Assembly: GCA_002245135.1 (NCBI GenBank)
Contig: NGBS01001175.1
Location: forward strand, 1 to 64,000
Reading direction: 5' to 3'
Source: Proteromonas lacertae
Lineage: Eukaryota
Length of the DNA stretch: 64,000 nucleotides
Both the position numbers and the translations under genes were made by a program. The notes under the pieces are model-generated. The model worked only from the letters and a program-made list of their open reading frames with translations. It did no database searches and had not been told where the DNA came from. This document shows positions 54,052 to 64,000 of the stretch, piece by piece. How positions within the stretch are numbered: the first letter of the stretch is position 1; each line of letters opens with the position of its first letter.

Positions 54052-54287
54052 ATGATGATGCCAAATATGTATTCTATTATAATAATACCATAATAGAATG
54101 GGAGGTGGATTGCCTAGTGCACCAGTTAAAGAATCTGGAATAAAGACAAAATTTGGATTTATTTCATATAAGAATGTATATATTCGAATTGATCATAGTT
54201 TAGATAAAAAGTGTAGTGACAGTTGTGGTATTTACAACGGCAGTTGTTCTATCTGAACTTTATGGTGATAAAATTCCACTTCCTTAA
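54052..54287 (+). CDS. 59-aa single-TM microprotein, Tom6-like; introns at 54069-54096 and 54176-54203; absent from the ORF track
   Basis: Two 28-nt GT..AG introns splice to MMMPNIMGGGLPSAPVKESGIKTKFGFISYKNIKSVVTVVVFTTAVVLSELYGDKIPLP*. Confidence 0.65.
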
Positions 54288-54320
54288 TTGTTAGATTATT
54301 AATACAATAAGTAAGAATAA

Positions 54321-56364
54321 TTATTTATAAATTTGAATGTTGTTGGATGATGAAACAGCTAAATAATCTCTTTTTCTGGCAATATGTTCATATTCACCTA
54401 TCTCATAATTCATATGAACTTCATTCAACTCCCAATTCAGTGATGAAAAATCCAAATCATTTAATTTGTTGTTTATTTCAACCCATTTCATATTCTCTAT
54501 ATTATTAACTGCAAGATTATTTCCATTTGACTGAGCATACGTTATATACACTTCTCTTCTTTTCATACTAATTGTATAATCAACAATAATAGAGTATTCT
54601 TTTAACTGAATTGAAGTGTATTTAATTATCATGATTTTTATAATAATCTATACATAATAGTAACAAGCAATTTTCATCATTATCACATAATAAATATAAA
54701 TAATCATTATCCCTATCATTTACACTACATAGATTACTGCATAACGGATTAATATTCAATGATTCTATCATCATTGAATTGCATTTATTTAGTGGTTCAG
54801 AATTGATTAATTCTATTTGATTCTCAAACTGTTTAATCACTTCATTGAATGTTATAAAATAATTATCAATACTACAATAAAAGAATGATTTATAACTCAT
54901 TAATTTCTCACTTTCTATTTCTGAATTTGAATATAAAACAATTTCCACTAGTGAGAAATCTATTTGTGGAATTGCTATATCATCTGATGTTTTGTCATTA
55001 CTTATCTATATATAGAGAGAGATAGAGATATAACAATATATATAAATATACTTGTTTTGCCTGTTTTATAATCCATCCAAATAATATCTTAAAATATTCT
55101 TTACATTTGAATATATAATCAATTGAATCATATATTGTCTTACCAAAATCATTTATTAATTGAATGAATTGAGTTATTGTATTGTTATTGTATAAACCAT
55201 TATTATTATTATTATTATTATTATTGGTAGATTCAGTATAAGACTTTATTGATGAAATGATTAATAAAATATTCTCTAAATTCTTATATATATCATATTG
55301 AAATGATTTTATTATTTTATCTATTAAACTATTAATATCAATGTATAGATTCTTAGCTTCAATGGCTGAGAGTTTTGTATTGAAGAATTGAGAGATGGAA
55401 TCATCAATAATTCCTGTACAATATAATTTCCATAAATATTCTTTCACAGAATAATCAGAACCTTGTAAAAATTAAAGAAATTAATAAAAAATAAATAAGA
55501 ATAAAAAGAATGATATAAAATTAGTAATAATTGTTTGAAAATCATTCATTTTTTCATTTAATGAATTAATTCCTATTTCCCATTGACTTTTCATTGAATT
55601 AATTGTATCTTTCATATGATTAATTATCTTTGTGATGGAAGGAAGTCTACTAGACATCTATTAATAAAAATTATGAAAATAATATTAAATAATTATTAGA
55701 ATATACAATATGTAAAATGTAATTATTCTGTAGAAATTCCAAATTATAACCATATAGATTCTTTTCTGTATTTATATATAACTTATTAGGAGATAATATG
55801 ATATTGTTTATTTGAGAATTTAGTTGTAAATTTATCAATAAATAAACTCCATTAAGAATAAATGAAATATTTCCAACTTCATCTCCAATTATTAAATATG
55901 AGAGTAATTCTGTTGTATTCTGATGATTATTAATGCTTATTTCTGGAATATCAGTGCTTAGTATTAGGTAATCTATATTTTGAACCTTTATATCTGATTC
56001 TATCCATAACATTGAAGTGATTTTCGAAGTGTGATTATTATTGAATAATATTGATTCAAATTTACATGTTTCAATGTTATACATGGATATTCTACCTTTA
56101 TCATTTCCTATACATAATCTAATACCATCAAAAGACCAAATACAACAACTACACTCTCCCCCTCCTAATTCACTTCTTTTAATTATACTAATTTGTTCAA
56201 ATGATGGGAATCTCTAAAACATATAACTGTTAAAAACATACAAACAAAGAAATTTGATTAGAAGCAGTCACAACACAAGCGATATCCATTTTAGGATTTA
56301 ACACCAAGAATTTTATTTCCTGTTTGATTTGATTTTCACAGTAAAGTGTTCTATCCTGATTCAT
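54321..56364 (-). CDS. ANAPC4: Anaphase-promoting complex subunit 4-like, spliced
   Basis: LNPKMDIACVVT..NQISLFR, IWSFDGIRLCIG..KGRISMYNIE, LIIGDEVGNI..ILNGVY and SVKEYLWKLYCTGIIDDSISQF. Confidence 0.8.
55465..55516 (-). other. Candidate U12-type AT-AC intron (52 nt; or 54-nt AT-AA) in APC4
   Basis: Reads ATATCATTC...TTTCTTTAATTTTTAC and contains an in-frame stop. The frame is restored with an AA acceptor 2 nt downstream, or with AC plus a one-base indel. Confidence 0.55.
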
Positions 56365-56381
56365 TTTTGAATTTTTGAACT

Positions 56382-56403
56382 AGGCTTGATGTCTATCAAG
56401 CTT
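56382..56403. promoter_or_regulatory. GGCTTGA promoter motif as an inverted pair in the APC4/DRC7 divergent promoter
   Basis: AGGCTTGAT-gtct-ATCAAGCTT; the same heptamer occurs near several other start codons. Confidence 0.55.
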
Positions 56404-56465
56404 TAAATTTAAAAAATAATATTCGTTTCAAAATCGTTTTTTTTTCAAGTTTTGCTGTTTTTGAA

Positions 56466-59159
56466 ATGAAAAAGGGGAAACAAGAGCAGCAAGATTATAA
56501 AATTAGACGTATTTTTGATAATATATTCTGTAGAGCTACCTTTTCAAAAGACTCTTCGTATTGCAGCTTTAAAAAAGACAGATGACTTACCTCCAAGATA
56601 CATATCCAATAATCTCAAAGAAGAACTTGCTTTAGAGTATTTAAAAATTATATTAATCATTTGTTGTATAGATATGTTCAAAACTTCGATACAAAATACA
56701 AAAGATTATACCCTGACAAACCTCCAGTATTGCTATTCCCACTAAATGAATATGGTGTTCAAAAATTAATATGTACGACAATTAGACCAACTCAAATGCC
56801 ATATCGTGGTTTGTATGATATAAGAGAAACTGCAGTATTTCTAGCAGATTTCTTAGCCTATGAACCATTAGAAAATCCAGTTAGATACCCAGAATACTTA
56901 CCAAGTCCAGAAATTGTGTTAAAATGGCGAAGAGGTGATTCATTTGATATGAGTGTTTTATTATGTTCATTACTATTAGGCAGTGGTGTGGATGCATATT
57001 GTGTATGTGGAATAGCTCCCAAGTACATAACTGAAAAGAACTTATTAAAACAAACATGTCCATTATTACAAACTGAAGAAGTATTAAAAGAAGAAAAGAA
57101 AGAAGATGAAGATCCAGATCGTCCTTATCAAGTACCAAAGAAGAGATATGAAAATAGTTTATTCCAATTGGAAAAACAAAAAGAACAAGAGGAAGAAGAA
57201 AGAAGAAAGAAAATATATGATGAAAATGAGAGTGATGAAGAATATCCTGAAGAAGAAGAAGATTTATTAGCAGGTAAACGAATACACTGTTGGGTAATGG
57301 TACAAGCAGGTAAACGAAGTGTGGAAAAACATATCTTTATTGAACCTTCCACTGGATTTATATATGATATAGATAAAAGTCCGTATGAAAAGATGTTATT
57401 TTGTTGGAATAATGAGAATGTGTGGGTGAATGTGATGCAAGATGAGATTCCATTGAATAGTACTGGTATTAATTTAAGAAATCGTGATATTTGGGAGTAT
57501 ATATATATATATTTATTTATTTATTATTATAGAAATGTATTTTATGAACCAGATATAAGTGAATTAAAAGATGCAATTAAAACCAAAGATGAAGAAGATG
57601 AAGAAGATGAACTAAATCTTGGAGCAACAGCAACAACTACAGCATCAGCAAGTGGTGGAAATGGTGAAAATGGTAATGCAGCTGGAAGTGGTGGTAGTAG
57701 TGCTGGAGGAACAACATCAGCAAGTGGTACTGGAACAATCAATTTAAGTAATGCAAAAGATACTGATTTAAGTGAAGCTAAAAAACCTGAATATTTAGAT
57801 GTACCGAAATCATGGGTTGAAGCATTTGTTATCGATAGAGATGATTATGAAAAACAATTCGCAGGGAATGATAAACCAGGTGAAAATACAGTATTATATG
57901 AAAAATCAAAATTAGAAAGGTTTGGCTTGTTATGTAATAATCAAGGATTAATGTGGAGAGTGACTGAATATAAAGACTTAGCGAGAGTTTATCCAAAGAA
58001 AATAACTGAAGAATATAAGAATAGACAAGATAGATTATTAAAGAGGATAAAAATGTGTGATAATTATAAAGTTATTGAACATTTTGGTCCAGGTAGAAAT
58101 TGTCAAGAAAAAGAGATATATGATATAGCTGGTGTAGAAAGAGAAGTTAAATTTTATACAATTGCAAGGTTAGATGGATTATCTAGTAGAAAAGAATTAA
58201 TAAATCATAAATTAATAGAAACTTATGAAAATACTCCAGATAGAATATTTTACAGAAGTGTAACGATTGATTTAAGCTTGAGAGGAACAAGCCATGTTAC
58301 TTCATTACCATTATACGATGGAAGTGAATGTGCTATAGTAAAAATGAAAGAAAAATATTTAAAAGATGAATCAAAAGATGGTGATCAAATCAGTACAATC
58401 ACATATGTATTTCAACCAAAAGAAGAAAGTAGAATAGAGGTGAAATATCATTATTTACCCAATAGAATTACAGCTAAAACAATAGTATTTTATAATGATG
58501 GAACTCCTCCAGAGATTAGTGAAATTGATCCTGGTTTTGTTAGACCTTCTGATGGTACATTGAATTTATTATTAAAAGACTTAAAAGAGAGAGAAAAGAA
58601 CTGTTTAATTGCAATGAGAGAAGGTCAAAGAGAAGCTATGGAAATATTACAACAAAGAAATGATGAAGAAAACAATGTTGTGGTTGAGAAAGATATCTAC
58701 ATATTAGCTAGAGAGAAGAACTTAAGTAGTTTGAAGAAAGAAAAGAAAGAAGATGATGAAGAAGATGATAATGAAAATAATAATGATTATCTAACACCAT
58801 TCTTAAGTGGTATAACTGATATATCTCAAATCACATTCAAACAAGCTCAGAATATTCGAGAACAATGTTTGAAAGCATTACGTGATAGATTGATTGAAAG
58901 AAGTGCAATCATTCAGAGAAGATTAGATGATGAAAATGCTGCCTTAGCTAAGAAACAAGCACAATTCCAGAGGAACAGAGATCATGTAGATGGTGCAGAA
59001 GAAGAATTCGAACAATTCTGTCAAGAAGCGATGTTTAGAATAAAGATATTAGAACAGAGAAGACAGAGACATGAAGAAACTGCTTTGATTAAATATAAGG
59101 CATTGTCAGAGAAATTAGCTCGAGATCCAAGACTAGCTATACTATATAAGAATAAATAG
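56466..59159 (+). CDS. DRC7: Dynein regulatory complex subunit 7 (CCDC135), spliced
   Basis: PLNEYGVQKLICTTIRPT, GDSFDMSVLLCSLLLGSG.DAYCVCG, RIHCWVMV, FIEPSTG and C-terminal LRDRLIERSAIIQRRL...FRIKILEQR...DPRL. Confidence 0.95.
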
Positions 59160-59299
59160 AAATATAATTAATATTTTATATATGAAAATTGTGTATTTTG
59201 TATTAAAGAATAAAAGAAATATTAAGAACACGATATATAATATATTAATGTTAAAAATACAGAAAAAAATTGCTTTGTATTATATTATTATTGTTGTTA

Positions 59300-59819
59300 T
59301 TAACTCTCTTCCATATTTTCTTCTTTTCCTTCTTCTTCTTTCTTATTTTCTTCATCTGCATAACCTTTAGGTAGTTTTACTCCTAATCTTTTTAATTTCT
59401 CTAAATCTTGTTTTTCTTTTTCTATTTTAGCAGCTAATGCTTCTTGTACCTCTTGTTCTGTTGGTTCTTTTACTGAAAAGTCCATACAACCAAAATGAAA
59501 TCGTTTTGGATCTTTCTGTGTGAATGGTTTATTAATATCTTTATAATCGTCTTCTTCTTCTATTCTATATTAACAAAAATAATACCTGGAGTTGTTGTGA
59601 GTGTGATTTTTCCTCCAAATGAATCAACTATTTTTGATATATCATCTATTAGATTATATTGAATTGTTTTTTAATACTTTCAGTTTTTTTACCATACATA
59701 GCAACCAACATTTTTTTGTTGACTTTGCTTTGAAATTTATCAACAATTGGTTTTATATCTTTATCGTATGTGTACTTCTTTGCCTTCTTTCTAGACTTGG
59801 ATCTAAGTCCCTTTGCCAT
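59300..59819 (-). CDS. Small basic/acidic protein starting MAKGLRSKS (LLPH/DUF2423-like N-terminus), spliced, with apparent indels
   Basis: N-terminal motif only; the reading frame needs homopolymer corrections. Confidence 0.4.
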
Positions 59820-59918
59820 TGTTTAGAAAAAATGCAAATTGAAATGAAAAAGGTTTGGCTTGACAAGTGGAGGTTTGAGTTAGACTTGAATCTATTTTCA
59901 AATCGTTTTTATTACAGT

Positions 59919-61680
59919 ATGACAAAAGTTTTAGTTAATCCAATCTCTTTTGGAATAGATTTAGGTACAACTAATTCTTATATTGGGTTTGTAAGGACCA
60001 AAAGATGAAGTGGTAGTGTTTTGTACAAGTGAAAGTGGTACTCCTTCTGTTCCTTCATATGTGAGTTATAGAAAAGGTGGTGAAATTGTTGTTGGTGATG
60101 CTGCTCTAATTGCTGTTGAAACTCATTACGAAAACACTATCTACAATTCAAAACGACTAATTGGTCATAAAATCACAGAAGATAAAGTCAAAAAAGATAT
60201 TTCACAATGGCCGTTTACTGTTACATCCGATGAAGAAGATAATCCAGTCTTTGAAGTTACTGTTGATGGAAATATAAAGAAAATTACTCCAATAGATGTA
60301 GCTGCTGAAATATTGAAAAGATTAGCTGGCTTAGCTGAAGATTTAACAAATACAAAACGTACTGATGTTCCATTCAATTCAATCATCACAGTACCAGCTT
60401 ATTTCACAGGTGCACAAATTGAAGCAACCAAAGAAGCAGGAAAACTAGCTGGTTTAAATGTATTACACATTATCAAAGAACCAACAGCAGCAGCTATAGC
60501 ATATGGTTATAGATATTTCAAAAGTTATACTTCTAACAATAAAAAGATATTAGTGTATGATTTTGGTGGAGGCACTTTTGATGTGAGTGTCATTGAAGTT
60601 AATGGAAGAGAAATTACTGTATTAGCCACAGATGGAGATGATCACTTAGGTGGTGAAGATATCACTAATAACATATGTGCCTATTATGAAAATGAATTAA
60701 AGAAAGTGACCAATAAAGAGTTGAATAAAAAGAAACATATTAAATTAAGAAGAGCTTGTGATGTTGCTAAAAAAATACTATCTGATACTACTGAATCTTA
60801 TGTTGATTTCCCATCATTAGAAGAAAATGAAGTTGATAATTTATTAACTCACAGTTTAATGAATGAATTAAACAAACATATATTCAATAGAACAATTGAT
60901 TTAGTAAAAAGCACAATAGAGAATTTAAAATTAAAACCTTCTGATATTGATGATGTTGTTTTAGTTGGTGGTAGTAGTAGAATAAAAAGAATAATAGAAT
61001 TATTAACTGAATATTTTGGCAAAGCTCCTTATCAAGATATTCATCCAGATGAAGCTGTATGTTATGGAGCAGCAATCTTATCATTTGATATGTTAAGAGA
61101 TGTAAAGATTGAAGTAAGTAATGAGAGAGATGAAGAAATGATGAAGAAATATAATAAAAGTAAGAGTGGAAATGGTAGTACAACAAGTGGTAAAAAAGTT
61201 GTATTTATTGATAATAAGAGTGGTAATGAAATTAAGATTAAAAGAGGAAAGAAAGTAATTGTTGATACAAATGGTAATGTATTAGATGAAGAGTTTAAAG
61301 GTGGTTCAGAATTACATATTAAAGATATATTAAGCCATCATCTTGGTGTAGAAATAAGAGGTGGAAAAATAAGTAAAGTGTTAGAAAAAGGTTCTTCATT
61401 ACCATCAACACATACTTCTGTTTATACTACAAGTTATAATAACCAACCGTTTATGGAGTTGAGAGTGTATGAAGGTGATAGTGACATGGTTGCAGAGGAT
61501 TTGTATTTAGGAACTTTACATGTTCCATTACCAAAACAACCAAAAGCTTCAGTTAGATTAGAAGTTACTTTTACATATGATAAGAATAATATTTTGCATA
61601 TAACAGCGAAAGATAGTGTGGAAGGTAGAGTGAATAAATATGATTTGTCTACTGATAAGAAGAAAGATGGTATTACTTGA
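59919..61680 (+). CDS. Atypical Hsp70-family protein, intronless, one apparent frameshift near 60003
   Basis: GIDLGTTNS, ITVPAYF, EPTAAAIAYG, VYDFGGGTFDVS and VLVGGSSRI; ends after the SBD-beta domain with no lid and no EEVD. Confidence 0.9.
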
Positions 61681-61797
61681 TTTATATTCTTTAAAATACT
61701 CATTTTACATTTAGATTAATGAATTTGTTTTATAAATAATGAAAAAACAACATAAAAAAAAACAGCATAACTTAATAATTAATTCACATGTAACAAA

Positions 61798-63974
61798 TCA
61801 AAAAGGAGATGCTGAATCTTCTACACCAGCAGTAGGAGATGGACAATTTACAACTTTAAGTGATCCATATTCACTTCGTTCCTTTTTATCTGAAGAATAT
61901 CTACGTGTTGTAGCTGCATCTCCAAGTGTAGCAAATCCACAGGCAGTTGTACCATCCATTTCATTGTTCATACATGTAGGAGGAATATATACATTATCTC
62001 TTGGTATTTCTACTTCATTTTCAGTTCCATTATTATTATTATTATTATTATTTATATGTTCATGTAGAACATCTACTGGATTTATTCCACTATTTGTTAC
62101 TTTTACAACATCTTTTTTTATTAATTGTCCTAATAATTCAGGTATATCGCTCAATTGAAAACAACTATTTGGATTGACTATTCTTCCTTTGCTCATTTGA
62201 TATGAAAATCCAGTCTCTTTGTCTGTTACTGCATTTTCACACATTCTTATTCTCACGGCATATTGTAATGCTGGATGAAAATATGTAAAATCATGTAACC
62301 ATTTATATGGAATATCAACATAATATGATTGTTTGGACTTTAAAAAATCAGGGAATTGTTTCTCTAATTTGCTATACACAAAATAAATTGATTTATCTAA
62401 TATTGTAAAAACATCTTTATCTTTTGGATTACTAGCGTATGATAATATTTCTTCTTTTATTGTAGTGGGAAATCTTATTCTTTTATTTGCTGTATTTGAG
62501 ATGTATCTATTAATAATTTTATTTAACATTATAATTATTCTTTTATTAGAACCCATTGAGAATTTCTTAAAAGTTTGACAATCTTCCCAAAAACTCAAAT
62601 AATGATCTGTGTTATCTTGAGATAAATATAATCTAAAACATTCTCTATAAATATTATCTGTCATTATATGTGCTTCTAATTTTGGTCTTAAATTCTCATC
62701 TTTTACTTCTAATCCTAGTGGATAAAATATTCCATGTGATGCAATATGAGCAAGATTAACAGTAAACGCAAATAATAATCTCTGTTTACCTAAATACAAA
62801 TACTCGGATAGAAATATTTCCATTAAATAATAAGTTAACATTATACATGCTAAACCAATTCTCCATATTTGAAATACATAAACATTTTCAGATTGAGATT
62901 GAACGTTATATAAAGTATAGAAATGGATTGTTATAAACCATGTTATAGCCTATATATATAATAATAATAATAATAATATACAGGTAAAAAGTAGATAATG
63001 CATATTGGATGACTATCACATAATGGCATTGTATATGTCAAACCACTCAACAATTCAATATTTCTACCAAATCCATAGTAATAATGATAACCAATTGCAA
63101 ATATAATAAATTCTAACACTAAAGCAGTGGCTAAATGAAGTGATAAATATAACCAATTATTCTTTATCTTCAACATTTTTATTTTTTCATAATACATATA
63201 GGTCGCTGTTGCACAAGCAGCTGAAGAATGAATTGTATGTCCGAATGCTCCAATTATTAAAACAACCAAACATTCTGTTTCATTATCAACAAAACTACGA
63301 GAAGCTTCAAATGCTGATATAAATACAGTTCCAAGTGCATATACTACAATAAAATGAGGAGGTAAATATTGTAGATAAATCCAATAGAGTTTAACAACAT
63401 TATAGACTGTATAAAACCACATTAAAGTAATTATTCCAAAGAATACATACAAGGCAATTGCTGAATTCTTTTGTAAATCTTTATTATAACAAGAAACTGA
63501 TTCATTCTCAGGAAGCGGTACTTTTAAACAAGTTACATTCTCTTTATATCTGTATGATACTGTCATATATGAATCTTCATTACATTCACCTTCAACTATT
63601 TCAAAACTATCACTATTACAATTATTAATTTCATTTACAACTTTTATATTTAAAAGTTGATTATCATCGGGATTATGTAAATCATAACAATAAATTGGTA
63701 TAGTTTCACCATCATATACTGTATCTGTGTTTGATAACCTGATTTTGATTGTAACTGATGACTTTTGGTTAGCTCTATATTGATTATTATCAGGCACATA
63801 AAATGATGCAGATGGCACATAGATCGAGACATTTTGGCTTCCTCTGTTAGAGATTATAAATTGCTTCATAGTTCCTGTTGTTTCATTCAGCTTCAGATGA
63901 TTGTTATCTAATGTACAATCAAGTGAATATGTGATGCATGAAAGATATACTACAAAAATGAAAATTTTATTCAT
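61798..63974 (-). CDS. 7TM-RGS protein: signal peptide, Cys-containing ectodomain, multiple TM helices, RGS domain; spliced, one apparent frameshift near 62870
   Basis: About seven hydrophobic segments followed by FRLYLSQDNTDHYLSFWEDCQTFKK...IINRYISNTANKRIRF (RGS pattern). Confidence 0.72.
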
Positions 63975-64000
63975 TCGTTTTATTTTAGAAACGAATAGTT

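Noticed and set aside
9300..61700. Blastocystis-style stop codons created by polyadenylation
   Set aside because: The genes I could trace have genome-encoded stop codons, so the mechanism is not needed to explain them.
21466..63974. Single-base frameshifts in tepsin, the LRR gene, the mastigoneme gene, the MAKGLRS gene, Hsp70 and 7TM-RGS as programmed frameshifting or mass pseudogenisation
   Set aside because: Most sit in short homopolymers of otherwise conserved genes and share no slippery motif; long-read indel error is the simpler explanation until the assembly is polished.

Overview
This is very AT-rich, gene-dense eukaryotic nuclear DNA with tiny spliceosomal introns (mostly ~26-50 nt, GT..AG). 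A flagellar DRC7 gene plus mastigoneme-type EGF proteins point to a flagellated stramenopile, possibly an Opalinata/Proteromonas-like gut protist (inference). The first ~7.3 kb is an intronless endogenous Polinton-like virus segment: minor capsid, major capsid, A32-type packaging ATPase and two paralogous fiber-like ORFs. It abuts a host mastigoneme-like gene whose 5' end is missing. A ~12.5 kb inverted segmental duplication (~8377-20881 and ~39569-52033) carries the mastigoneme-like EGF gene, NELF-A-like, ZFAND1, MTG1, a pseudokinase-LRR gene and COPA. It encloses an 18.7 kb single-copy spacer with tepsin, an LRR protein, YjbQ, two divergent 14-3-3s, a mucin-TM-PH protein and SMC5-like. The right end has a hidden Tom6-like micro-gene, APC4, DRC7, an atypical Hsp70 and a 7TM-RGS gene. 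Other signals: two candidate ultra-short AT-AC minor introns sharing a variant ATATCATT donor, a recurrent promoter motif GGCTTGA, and recurring RxLx[E/D] motifs in secreted Thr-rich proteins. Many single-base frameshifts lie in homopolymers and may be assembly errors. All family calls come from motif recognition by eye; no searches were run.
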